Shown here piece by piece: positions 45,209 to 54,487 of a stretch of DNA of 64,000 nucleotides. The DNA is from Candidatus Iainarchaeum sp. (lineage in GTDB: Archaea; B1Sed10-29; WALL01): positions 26,726-90,725 of the forward strand of contig JAGMCR010000013.1 in the NCBI GenBank assembly GCA_023129115.1, given 5' to 3'. Under the pieces are notes generated by a model. The model did no database searches. It was not told the origin of the DNA and worked only from the letters and a program-made list of their open reading frames with translations. The position numbers and the translations under genes are program-made. Within the stretch, counting starts at the first letter, position 1, and every line of letters starts with the position of its first letter.

Positions 45209-46434
45209 GCCATCACCTTCTTCGCGGTCACTGTGTTCAGCCCCCACAGCTTGATGAACCCGTGCGAGTGAAGCTGGTCGAACCCGCTGTCCGACGAGTA
45301 CGTAATCAGGTTGTGGTCGTAAATCGCGTTGCCGCTCTTTCTGCCGACTACTTTTGCGTGGCCCTTGAACAGCTTCAGCGTCACTTCGCCGGTCACTTTT
45401 TTCTGGGACTCGTCGATGAACGCGTTCATCGCGTCCATCACTGGGTTGAACCACAGCCCATAGTAGACCGTCTCGGCCCAGTGCTTGTCGACGAACGGCT
45501 TGAACTGGTTCTCTTCCTTTGTGAAGACAAACTTCTCCAGGTCCTTGTGCGCGTTAAGCAGGAGTGTCGAGCCCGGGCACTCGTACACCTCGCGGCTCTT
45601 CAGCCCGATTGTCCGGTCCTCCATCGCGTCGATTATCCCAATGCCGTGCTTCGCGCCGAGCGCGTTCAATTCCTCGAGCAGCCCCACGCCACCAATCGGC
45701 TTGCCCCCCTCGAACTTGACAGTGACCGTCTCGGCAACGTCGGGCGCGTCCTCCGGCAGCGCCACCCAGTCAAAGACGTCTTCCGGCGGCTCCAGCGACG
45801 GATCCTCCAGCGGCCCGCACTCGCTTGACTTGCCCCAGATGTTGCTGTCGACCGAGTAGGGGCTGTGCGCCTTCACCGGCAAGTGGATGCCCTGGCCCTC
45901 GGCCCACGCGATTTCTTCGTCGCGGCCCAGGTTCCAGTCGCGCACGGGCGCGATTATTTTCGCGTCCGGCATCAATGAATGCGTGCAGATGTCGAAGCGC
46001 ACCTGGTCGTTCCCCTTTCCTGTGCAGCCGTGCGCCAGCGCGTCCGCCCCCTCTTTTTTCGCGGCCTCGACCAATTTCTCGACAATAATCGGCCGTCCCA
46101 GCGCCGTGGAATTTGGGTAGCTCCCCTGGTACAGGCAGTTCGCCTTCACGGCCTGCCAGCAAGGCCCTTCCACGAACTCTTCGGTCGCGTCGAAGAAGTA
46201 GTGCTTCGCGCCCAGTGACTCCGCCTTTTCCTTTGCCTTTTCCCAGCCGCTGCCGTTGTACTCGTCCTGCCCGAGCCCAACCGTGACCGCGACGACTTCC
46301 GCGCCGCACACTTCCTGGATTAGCGGAATCATGACGCTGGTGTCCACTCCCCCGCTGTACGCGAGGACCACTTTCTCCACGCCATCGTACTGGCCAACAT
46401 CAATCTTTGACTTTATTTTTTCGACTAAATCCAT
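45205..46434 (-). CDS. argG: Argininosuccinate synthase
   Basis: LAYSGGVDTS, HGCTGKGNDQVRF and KSREVYE. Confidence 0.95.
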   Translation of the reverse strand: MDLVEKIKSKIDVGQYDGVEKVVLAYSGGVDTSVMIPLIQEVCGAEVVAVTVGLGQDEYNGSGWEKAKEKAESLGAKHYFFDATEEFVEGPCWQAVKANCLYQGSYPNSTALGRPIIVEKLVEAAKKEGADALAHGCTGKGNDQVRFDICTHSLMPDAKIIAPVRDWNLGRDEEIAWAEGQGIHLPVKAHSPYSVDSNIWGKSSECGPLEDPSLEPPEDVFDWVALPEDAPDVAETVTVKFEGGKPIGGVGLLEELNALGAKHGIGIIDAMEDRTIGLKSREVYECPGSTLLLNAHKDLEKFVFTKEENQFKPFVDKHWAETVYYGLWFNPVMDAMNAFIDESQKKVTGEVTLKLFKGHAKVVGRKSGNAIYDHNLITYSSDSGFDQLHSHGFIKLWGLNTVTAKKVMA

Positions 46435-46582
46435 TTTGTCCACCCCACACACTACATAGAACAAGGGGCGCTTCAGCGCCTCTCTGCAATCGGACTGAGG
46501 GAGCCCATGCCCATAATTGTCCCGAAAGCCTTATATATCATTTTCGGCATAAATGACGCAGAACAAACAAATGGTGTTTTAA

Positions 46583-47206
46583 ATGAAACAAAGTGTGACT
46601 CGGCAGGTTTTCGCTGCCCTGGACGCGAACCCGTACATGAAGCAGGCGATTAAGTACGGGATTGCGAACCATTCGGCGATTGCGAAGAAACTGGGCGTCA
46701 AGGGGAGCCAGGCCGCCGTCAAGGCGGCGGTCCGCCGGTACGCGGAGCAATTGGACTACCACGACTATTCAAAGGGCCTGAAGAAATTGTTTTCGGCGAC
46801 GCGATTGGTGCTGAAGAGCGACGTGGCGGTTTTAATCCTCCGGCCTTCGCTTGACTCTTTGCTCGCCGCCCAAAAGGTCTCAAAAATACTTGGCACTGAG
46901 TTTTCGATGATTAGCTCTGCGAGCGCCATTACCTTGATAATCAACCAGAAGAACTTGGGGGCGGTAAAGAAGGCAATCGGCGCGAAGAACGTGATTGGCT
47001 CAGCCAAAAACCAGTATATCCTGCTGCTTACGTCGCCGGAGGGGATTGAGTCCACGCCTGGCTGGGTTGCCTTCCTGACCGAGCTCTTGGCGCGCGACGG
47101 CATTAACATTAGGGAGTATTACTCCTGCTACACAGACACAGTGTTTGTCCTGGACAAGAAGGACGCCTTGAAGGCGTACGAGCTCCTGGACAGTGTTCTG
47201 GGATAG
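46583..47206 (+). CDS. HTH plus ACT-domain protein, putative amino-acid-sensing regulator
   Basis: NHSAIAKKL..AAVKAAVRRY; C-terminal ACT region TPGWVAFLTELLARDGINI..SCYTD. Confidence 0.75.
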   Translation: MKQSVTRQVFAALDANPYMKQAIKYGIANHSAIAKKLGVKGSQAAVKAAVRRYAEQLDYHDYSKGLKKLFSATRLVLKSDVAVLILRPSLDSLLAAQKVSKILGTEFSMISSASAITLIINQKNLGAVKKAIGAKNVIGSAKNQYILLLTSPEGIESTPGWVAFLTELLARDGINIREYYSCYTDTVFVLDKKDALKAYELLDSVLG

Positions 47207-47208
47207 CT

Positions 47209-47505
47209 TTATTCTTGGACGGTGAGCTTGCCGAATCTTCCGGTGCTCAGCTGCTTGTCGCCCTGGTATTCGCCGACCCAGCCGTTCTCGATGACGATTT
47301 TGTCGCCTTTCTTGACTTTTCCGATGTCATCGTTCCAAAGAGTAATCTTGACTTCGCCTGTGTCGTCTTTTGCCGTGGCGCTGCACACAGTGCCGTTCCC
47401 GCGGGCGTTGCTCCACTCTCTCGCCTCGTCCAAATCGACGATTTCCAGCTCGATGCGGTCGCACGCCTGCCTTACCTGTAGTTCGTTAACTTTCATGGTA
47501 ACCAC
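47209..47505 (-). CDS. ssb: Single OB-fold ssDNA-binding protein
   Basis: DDTGEVKITLWN..IENGWVGEYQG..QLSTGRFG. Confidence 0.88.
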   Translation of the reverse strand: MVTMKVNELQVRQACDRIELEIVDLDEAREWSNARGNGTVCSATAKDDTGEVKITLWNDDIGKVKKGDKIVIENGWVGEYQGDKQLSTGRFGKLTVQE

Positions 47506-47562
47506 CAGAGGCGGGTATTGTGAGGGTTATGGTTTAAATACTTTTGTATGGTAACCCCTTGT

Positions 47563-48024
47563 ATGCTAGTCAAAGACATCATGACCAAGGACCCCAAGAC
47601 CATTCCAGTGGACGCCACAATCCACGACATCGTCGAATTGTTCAGGAAGCACCGCATCCGCGGGGCCCCAGTCGTTAAGAAGCACCGCTTGGTTGGCATC
47701 GTCACTGAATACGACTTGCTGGACTTCATGGAACTCCACGAGTTCGGCGGAAAGCTCTGGCTCCCCGCGCCGTTCGACTTCATCGAGGCCGTCCTCGACG
47801 CGAAGCAAGAGGTCTACGAGGTCAAGAAAGAGTTCGAGAAGCTCCGCAACGCCACGGCAGAAAAAGTCATGAGCACCGACGTAGTCACAGTCGCGCCGAC
47901 TGCACACGTCTCCGAAGTCGCGGACTTAATGACCGAAGGCAACCTCACCCACGTCCCCGTGGTCGAAGACGACAAATTGGTGGGGCTCGTCACGCGAAGC
48001 GACTTGATAAAGAGCCTATTGTGA
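47563..48024 (+). CDS. CBS-domain pair protein
   Basis: VKDIMT, PVV..LVGIVTEYDL and LVGLVTRSDL. Confidence 0.9.
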   Translation: MLVKDIMTKDPKTIPVDATIHDIVELFRKHRIRGAPVVKKHRLVGIVTEYDLLDFMELHEFGGKLWLPAPFDFIEAVLDAKQEVYEVKKEFEKLRNATAEKVMSTDVVTVAPTAHVSEVADLMTEGNLTHVPVVEDDKLVGLVTRSDLIKSLL

Positions 48025-48028
48025 TTTC

Positions 48029-48385
48029 ATGAGGCTAATCAAGTCTTCTGAGGGCTCGTGGGTCAATGGAGAAGGCGAGTTCAACTACCGCAAAAAAGTC
48101 CGGATGGACAGCGTGCCACAGCCAGTAAACCTAGTCCAAGACGTAGTGATCCCGGCGGGCGGCACAGTCAAGGCCCACGCGCACCGCCAGACAAGCGAAA
48201 TCTTTTACGTGACACGCGGCACACTGAAAATCACTGTCGAAGGAAAAGAGTTCGGCCTTGTCCCCGGCGACATAGTGCTTGTCGACACCGGGGAAGAGCA
48301 CGCGTTCGCCAACGAGTCCGGCACAGGCGCCGGGCTGCTTGTGCTGAAAATAAACTACACAAAAGGCGACTCGTTGCTCGGCTAA
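48029..48385 (+). CDS. Cupin-domain protein
   Basis: HAH...EIFYV..G and GEEH. Confidence 0.88.
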   Translation: MRLIKSSEGSWVNGEGEFNYRKKVRMDSVPQPVNLVQDVVIPAGGTVKAHAHRQTSEIFYVTRGTLKITVEGKEFGLVPGDIVLVDTGEEHAFANESGTGAGLLVLKINYTKGDSLLG

Positions 48386-49005
48386 ACCGCGCCGATTAAC
48401 GTGGCAACAACAACCATTGCCAGCCACGCCGCAATCGGTATCGACAGGTTGTCGTCAATCATTGTCAAGTACGCTTCCGCGAGCATTCCCACGACAGCGC
48501 CCACGGCCGCGATTATCATTGCCTCGGTCGTCGGCAGCAATAGCTTCAATACAAACGCGGCGCCGAAGAACGCTGCGCCGAACCCGACGACGCTTCCCTC
48601 GTAGCTCTTTGTCTGCGTGCGCGGCAGCCTCTTGCGCCCGATTTTTCTGCCGAGCCCCGTGCAAATCGAGTCGCCGATTGCGACAATCAGCATCGCCGCG
48701 ACGACGAATTCCTTGGCTATCCCGAGGTACAGCGACGCGACAAAGATGGACAGCACCCCAAGGAAGTACCACGTGACGCCGGACGCGGGCGGCTTGCCCT
48801 TGCGCTCGGTATTGTCCACGAGCCACGAAAAGAACGGAATCTTTTTCCCGCGCTTTATGCGGCTGGAGAGCACGAACGTGAGGAACGAGCATATCGCGAG
48901 GAACGCGAACCCCTCCTCTGTTGTGGACAGGTGGACAATGGAGGCGAAGAACAGCCCCGAGAACAGGTGCAGTGCCTGCCGCCTTGTCTCTAGGTCAATA
49001 ATCAT
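48382..49005 (-). CDS. Dolichol/phytol kinase - CTP transferase family membrane protein
   Basis: RQALH, GDS...GRKIG, KSYEGS and DDNLSIP. Confidence 0.88.
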   Translation of the reverse strand: MIIDLETRRQALHLFSGLFFASIVHLSTTEEGFAFLAICSFLTFVLSSRIKRGKKIPFFSWLVDNTERKGKPPASGVTWYFLGVLSIFVASLYLGIAKEFVVAAMLIVAIGDSICTGLGRKIGRKRLPRTQTKSYEGSVVGFGAAFFGAAFVLKLLLPTTEAMIIAAVGAVVGMLAEAYLTMIDDNLSIPIAAWLAMVVVATLIGAV

Positions 49006-49078
49006 GCAACCCGGATTAGCCTCGCCCCTGCTTTTATACCTAATGGTTTATATTCCAGGGTTGCCAAAATTATGCACA

Positions 49079-49843
49079 ATGCCGAAAGAAGTGCACCACA
49101 CGATGAGCATGAAGAAGTTTTTGAAGCTCAGCTTTATCCCCGAAACTCTGAGGAACCACCACCTCGGGCGGAATAAGGTTAATCCAAACGACAAGGTGGG
49201 GGAGTATCCGCTTGCCGTCGTCAAGAAGCTTCGCAAGGACATAGCCGAGGCCCTTGTGACGGCGCCGGGAAAAGGCATGGACGCCAAGCAGTCATATCTA
49301 GCGGAGACAAAGCCCCACATCGATGGCCTCATCAAGGAAAAGTCCGCGAGGGGCGAAATCGAGCTAACGCCCGAAGGGCCAGAAGAGCCTGAAGCAACTT
49401 CTGTTTACGAAGGGGAGGAGGAAACGCAGCCGCCGGTTTACGTGAAGGATGAAGAGGCGCAACCGCTTCCTGAAGAGGCTAAGCCCAAGTTGCCTCCGCC
49501 GCCCCCCGGTTTCATGCCGATTAGTGCCATTACAGAAAATCTTAGTAGACTAGTTGACGTAATTCATGCCAGTGCCCTTAATTCTCAGAGGGCACGTGTT
49601 GTCAGTGAGTTGGGACAAATAGTAAGAAAGTACGAGCGGAGAGGAAAGCACATAGACCTTGACTTGTTCACTAATGAGCTACTGAGTTCTCGACTTAATA
49701 GATATTTTCCAGCGATAGACATGCACAGCGAGAGGACGTTCTTTCCGGAAGAGCCCCCTTTTGGCGTTCCTGAAGGCGAGAACTACCAGCTCAAATTGCG
49801 CGAGGCGCTGAGGGAGCACTTCAAGGAATACCTCACGACATAA
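49079..49843 (+). CDS. Orphan protein with a Pro/Glu-rich linker
   Basis: 3' part of the 48617 ORF; the 5' part is antisense to the kinase gene; TATA-like element upstream. Confidence 0.6.
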   Translation: MPKEVHHTMSMKKFLKLSFIPETLRNHHLGRNKVNPNDKVGEYPLAVVKKLRKDIAEALVTAPGKGMDAKQSYLAETKPHIDGLIKEKSARGEIELTPEGPEEPEATSVYEGEEETQPPVYVKDEEAQPLPEEAKPKLPPPPPGFMPISAITENLSRLVDVIHASALNSQRARVVSELGQIVRKYERRGKHIDLDLFTNELLSSRLNRYFPAIDMHSERTFFPEEPPFGVPEGENYQLKLREALREHFKEYLTT

Positions 49844-49888
49844 GGTAACCTTTTTAAAACCCAAAACCTCAATTGTCCCCCACACGGG

Positions 49889-50001
49889 GGGCGTGTAGCT
49901 TAGCCTGGTTTAGAGCGCCGGTCTTATATGGCAGCGTTCCAGACATTCGGCCGTGTGCCGGAGACAACCGGAGGTCCCGAGTTCGAATCTCGGCACGCCC
50001 A
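49889..50001 (+). tRNA. tRNA-Ile(UAU) with a 37-nt intron at 37/38 (49929-49965)
   Basis: GGGCGTG/CACGCCC acceptor stem; CCGGT-CT-TAT-A[intron]A-ACCGG; GTTCGAATC; relaxed BHB motif. Confidence 0.88.
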
Positions 50002-50062
50002 TCCCGGGATGGGCGGCGTTGCAGCACGCTCATCCGCAAAACCCCTTCGCGAGGGATTAACA

Positions 50063-51187
50063 ATGGCAAAGAAAGCAACAAAAAAGAAGACAAAGAAAAA
50101 GCCGGCGAAGCACGCCCACACGCCAAAGCCAAAGGGCTTATTGGAAGGGTTCACCAGCACAAAAATGACTTCCAGCATGTGGAACTGGGCAATAGTCCTC
50201 GTCGCGGCCATCCTCATCATTGGCATGGCGTTGACGGCAGCTCGGTTCGCCACGGAAGGCGGCATTGCTACTGTGGTGGAGGTCCCCAAGCTTGTGTACA
50301 CCGGGCCCAAGGGCATGAGCGACGCCGAAGTAATAGCGATTTCAGAGGACTTCATCACCAACAACCTGGTCCCGCCAGGAATTGAGGTCACTGTGAACAG
50401 CGTCGAGGAAGAGTCCGGCGTCTACAAGCTGAACATCACCCTGTCCTCGGACGAGGGCGACAACAACGTCCTTGGCTACCTGACGAAGGACGGCGAATTG
50501 TTCTTCTACGGCGTGTCCGAAGTCGAGCCGGAAGAAGAAGCGCCCGAGCCGACGCCCGTGCCGGTGAAGGCCGGGTTCGACGCGCCCGACCAGGAAAAGC
50601 CCGAGGTAAAGTTCTTTGTAATGAGCTTCTGCCCGTTCGGCCAGCAGGCCGAAAAGGGCCTAGAGCCCGTGTACCAATTGCTCGGCGACTCTGTCGACTG
50701 GTCACCGCACTTCGTGATTTACGAGGACTACCGCGGTGGCGGCGAGGACTACTGCATTGACGACGGCAAGCTGTGCTCGATGCACGGCATCGACGAGTTG
50801 AACGAGAACATCCGCCAGGCCTGCATAGGCCGCGACTACGGCAGCGACACACTGTGGACGTACCTGAAGTACGTGTTCGACAACTGCAAGCTCGGCAACA
50901 TCAACACGTGCTGGCTCAAGGCTGCCGAAGCGGCGAACGTTGACTCGGACGCAGTGAGTGCGTGCCAGGAAGCCGACGGCGTTGCGTTGATGGCTGCGGA
51001 GAGGGCGCTTAATGTCGAGTACGAAGTGCGCGGCTCACCTGCTGTGTTCGTCAACGGCGAGAAGTTCAACGGCGGCAGAGCCCCCGAGGACTACAAGGGA
51101 GCAATCTGCACCGGATTCGAAGACGCCCCGACAGGCTGCGAGGAATCACTCGGCGCGGCCACCGGCAGCGCAAGCGGCTCTTGTTGA
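50063..51187 (+). CDS. Membrane-anchored DsbA/thioredoxin-like protein
   Basis: TM segment, FVMSFCPFG, CSMHG..E and VRGSPAVFVNG. Confidence 0.8.
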   Translation: MAKKATKKKTKKKPAKHAHTPKPKGLLEGFTSTKMTSSMWNWAIVLVAAILIIGMALTAARFATEGGIATVVEVPKLVYTGPKGMSDAEVIAISEDFITNNLVPPGIEVTVNSVEEESGVYKLNITLSSDEGDNNVLGYLTKDGELFFYGVSEVEPEEEAPEPTPVPVKAGFDAPDQEKPEVKFFVMSFCPFGQQAEKGLEPVYQLLGDSVDWSPHFVIYEDYRGGGEDYCIDDGKLCSMHGIDELNENIRQACIGRDYGSDTLWTYLKYVFDNCKLGNINTCWLKAAEAANVDSDAVSACQEADGVALMAAERALNVEYEVRGSPAVFVNGEKFNGGRAPEDYKGAICTGFEDAPTGCEESLGAATGSASGSC

Positions 51188-51372
51188 AAAGCTTTAGAAA
51201 CCCGGGCAGCCCTGCGCTGCCCCGTTACTTATTTTTAGCTTTACTAAGTTTAGCAAATATGGTGGTTAATTTGAAAACGCGGTAAAATGTTTCCATAGTG
51301 TATAGGGGGATAAAATTATCATATTTTATACCCATATACCGGTATACATATATATGAGTTATACCCCAATAT

Positions 51373-52842
51373 ATGGGTATGAATGAGCAGGAAGTCTTGA
51401 AACGCCTTTACGAGCATAACCCTTGGTGGAAGGGCTCAAGAGTAGCTATACAACCATATCACACGAGATATTTTCATGTGATAAAAAAAGCTGAGCTTCT
51501 TAAAAGCAACAAAAAAATAGCCACGATTTATGGCCCTAGACAAGTGGGAAAAACAGAGCTTTTGAAGCAACTCGTTGACTATTTGTTGGGGCAAAAGGTA
51601 AAACCACAGAATATCCTGTTTGTAGAGTTAGATGATGTACTATTGGGAAAACATACAGATGATATCATCCTAGATTGTTTGGAAGTTTATTCGAAAAATA
51701 TTCTTCAGACATCATTCCGTGAGTCCAAAGAAGAGGTATACATCTTCTTGGACGAAGTGCAGGGTGTTGAAAAGTGGAGCGAGATTTTAAAAAACTACCA
51801 TCATCTAAACTATAAAATAAAGTTCTTCGTTACTGGGTCTTCTAGTGCGGGGATAAGGAAGGGGCTATCTGAATCTCTGCTTGGGCGAACAGAGCCATAC
51901 TTGATACTGCCATTAAAATTCTCCGAATTTATTCCATTCAAAAGACCAAAGGACAAAGAACGGTTTTTGTCGATTAGTCTAAGCATGAGGTCTCATTTCG
52001 GAATGAGTCTCAAGAAAAAGAATGCCAAGATGCTGTATGATGGTTTAGAGCAATATCGTTTAAGTTTAGCTGGAGACGAAAATACTATAGAAACGTTGCT
52101 TAGGGAATATTTGATAAAAGGGGGTTATATTGGGGTAGTCAAAGAAACAGACTGGAATAAATGCACAACAGACTTGAAAAATTATACGCAACTAACAATC
52201 TATAACGATATCATGCAGGCCTTTGGTATCCGCAACCCCCGTGAGTTTGACCAACTGCTCGCGTTAATAGCGGCTGAATCATCTCAAATAATGAGTGAAA
52301 ATGGGCTTTCTAAAAATCTAAGCATTAAAATAGACACTCTTTCAAGATACTTGGATCTACTTGAAGATGTTTTCTTGGTCTCTTCCTGTGAGCTCTATGC
52401 GAAAAGCCGGGCAAAGAGGATTAGAAATGCCAAAAAGCTTTATATAAACGATATTGGGATTAGAAACGCCTTGTTGCACTCCCTGGGCCCCCACTTACTG
52501 GGGGATGGGGCAGAGATTGGAAAGATAGTGGAGACAGTGGTACACAATCATCTAAAGCGACTTGCTTTTGCGTTTACTAGGGACACGGCAAACACTTGTT
52601 TTTATGGGAAAAACAATCGGGGAAAAGAAGTGGACAATATTTTTGCTTACGGAAAAATGGCAATCCCTATTGAAGTAAAATACCGGGAAACAATTAAAAG
52701 CGGGGATGAAGAGCCAGTAAGCGAATTTTTGGAGGAAACAAAAGGCAAGATTGGCATCATCATCACAAAAAATACGTTGGCAGTCAACCAAAAAACAGGG
52801 ATAGTGCAAATACCTCTGTGGATGTTCCTGTTCCTTGTCTGA
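51373..52842 (+). CDS. AAA_14 plus DUF4143 ATPase (low GC)
   Basis: NPWW, GPRQVGKT, FLDEVQ, TGSS, KLYIND.G and EVD..IEVK. Confidence 0.9.
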   Translation: MGMNEQEVLKRLYEHNPWWKGSRVAIQPYHTRYFHVIKKAELLKSNKKIATIYGPRQVGKTELLKQLVDYLLGQKVKPQNILFVELDDVLLGKHTDDIILDCLEVYSKNILQTSFRESKEEVYIFLDEVQGVEKWSEILKNYHHLNYKIKFFVTGSSSAGIRKGLSESLLGRTEPYLILPLKFSEFIPFKRPKDKERFLSISLSMRSHFGMSLKKKNAKMLYDGLEQYRLSLAGDENTIETLLREYLIKGGYIGVVKETDWNKCTTDLKNYTQLTIYNDIMQAFGIRNPREFDQLLALIAAESSQIMSENGLSKNLSIKIDTLSRYLDLLEDVFLVSSCELYAKSRAKRIRNAKKLYINDIGIRNALLHSLGPHLLGDGAEIGKIVETVVHNHLKRLAFAFTRDTANTCFYGKNNRGKEVDNIFAYGKMAIPIEVKYRETIKSGDEEPVSEFLEETKGKIGIIITKNTLAVNQKTGIVQIPLWMFLFLV

Positions 52843-52909
52843 GGTGAAACCCGGCTAAAACTCAGCTAAACCGAACAACAACCAAACATCTTGTGGAGAT
52901 GTCCGGTAT

Positions 52910-52969
52910 CCGGCGGGATGCACAGACTCACTCGGCGACGCGACAGGGGCCGCAACCGGCTCTTGCTAG
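52910..52969 (+). repeat. Diverged second copy of the last 20 codons of the DsbA-like gene
   Basis: PAGCTDSLGDATGAATGSC* versus PTGCEESLGAATGSASGSC* (51128-51187); both are followed by a GGCAGC..GCTGCC hairpin. Confidence 0.85.
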
Positions 52970-53006
52970 AAACAAATCCCGGCAGCCTTTCCGGCTGCCG
53001 TTCTGC

Positions 53007-54344
53007 TTATTTTTTCTTCTGTTTTGCTTTTGCCATCGATTCTCTGAAGAACGTGTGAAGTTCCGGCTCTTTTTTGCCCGTCATGACGTGGATGCATTCC
53101 CCCAGCACGGGGTTTTTCCCTTTTACTCTCTCAGCAATCTCGTTAGCCGCTCCACTGACGTCCCCCCTTTTTGCAGCCGTTTCCAAAAGCCCGTTTACTT
53201 CGTCCCGGCTTATTTTGGCTTGGGCATAAGCCTTTGCCAAAAGGAAGCCAAGATTGTGTTCAAACGAGAAGTGGGGTGCGAGGTACCTACTGCTTTCAAG
53301 CCAGTCTTTATGCTGCTCATGGAAAGAAAACGATTCATGGAATGAGTCCATTAGCAATTTCTGCCATTCCAGTTCTTCAGGCCGGGTGCATGCCTTTTCT
53401 ATTGCCCCATCAATGCCCTCTAAGAATTCGCGCTGTTTTGGTTTTGCGTGCTCTTTTTCGTGAATTAAGGTCCTCTCAATTGAACCGGGGGCATAGTGGA
53501 ATCCGTGCTTCTCCCGTTCCTTTCTTTGTTTTTGTTTTATCTCTTTGCATTTCTTTTCGATAGTGTGGATATCCCGAAAATGGTCTGTTACTACCTTAAG
53601 ATAGTCGTAGGCCCTCCAACGCTTCGAAAGCGCGTATGCCTTTGGCAGTTCGGGCGATTCAAATACTCTTCCCTTTGAAGGATTGTCCGGTTCCTGCTCG
53701 GGGGCGATAAATATAAGTTGTTTGTTTTCCCGATATTTTTTGTGTGCTTCTTGCATCATTTTATTCTTTAGTTTTTCCAATGTCCGCCTATTCTTTGCAG
53801 GGATGTTAACGTCATCCACAACATTAAAAACGAAGTCCATAAGCACCCCAATACTTTCTTTATTGGTTGCGGAACTAGAGTGGAGTGGCATCAACATAAC
53901 GTCGTTTGGCAGGCTTACTCGCTGCCCAATTACTTTTTTCAAATCCTCCCTATTCTTGAGGAACCACACGCGATTCATTTTCTCGAGCATGCCTTCGTAT
54001 GGCTTCCAAGAGTCTGGATGCTTTTGTTTCACGATTTGTCTCAGGTCCTCCTTCTGGATTGCCTCGTAAATCCTGCCGGTCTTTTCCTTCAGTGGCCTCC
54101 TCAGGCAACTATACGCCGGGATTTTGTCCAGTGCCTGGTTTATGAAGTCCACCATCCCCAGCAAGTCCGCTTTTTTGGTGGAAACAAGAGCATCATACCG
54201 GGATTTTCCCACCCGCTTTTTTACGACGAAACGCTTGTACACATCCATCTCGCGCTGAAGTCTCGGGACTACCCTATTCAGCGAGTTCAAGAGGGCAAAC
54301 TCGTTCTCGACACGCCGAGCCCTCGTTTCCTTCTTGGGAGGCAT
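53007..54344 (-). CDS. Orphan protein with an HExxH motif
   Basis: LIHEKEH with downstream HESF; likely start MPPKK. Confidence 0.65.
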   Translation of the reverse strand: MPPKKETRARRVENEFALLNSLNRVVPRLQREMDVYKRFVVKKRVGKSRYDALVSTKKADLLGMVDFINQALDKIPAYSCLRRPLKEKTGRIYEAIQKEDLRQIVKQKHPDSWKPYEGMLEKMNRVWFLKNREDLKKVIGQRVSLPNDVMLMPLHSSSATNKESIGVLMDFVFNVVDDVNIPAKNRRTLEKLKNKMMQEAHKKYRENKQLIFIAPEQEPDNPSKGRVFESPELPKAYALSKRWRAYDYLKVVTDHFRDIHTIEKKCKEIKQKQRKEREKHGFHYAPGSIERTLIHEKEHAKPKQREFLEGIDGAIEKACTRPEELEWQKLLMDSFHESFSFHEQHKDWLESSRYLAPHFSFEHNLGFLLAKAYAQAKISRDEVNGLLETAAKRGDVSGAANEIAERVKGKNPVLGECIHVMTGKKEPELHTFFRESMAKAKQKKK

Positions 54345-54399
54345 CGAAAAAATTAGGGGCAAGAGCCAATAAAAAGGTTAGTCGCAATCCCACTCGATC

Positions 54400-54487
54400 C
54401 TTACAAACAACTAACACGTGGTCCTTCTCAGCCCTTTTTCTGTTACTCGCTAGCGCTCGCTCGGTGGAAAAGCGCTGGCGGAAAAAC
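54400..54487 (-). repeat. Second copy of the fibrillarin 3' end (54400-54429) plus a family A element (54430-54487)
   Basis: EKDHVLVVCK is encoded twice with 5 synonymous differences. Confidence 0.88.

Noticed and set aside
48617-49078. 5' extension of the 408-aa ORF
   Set aside because: It lies antisense to the kinase gene; the real start is probably near 49079.
49928-50062. N-terminal extension of the DsbA-like ORF
   Set aside because: It overlaps tRNA-Ile; the ATG at 50063 is the more plausible start.
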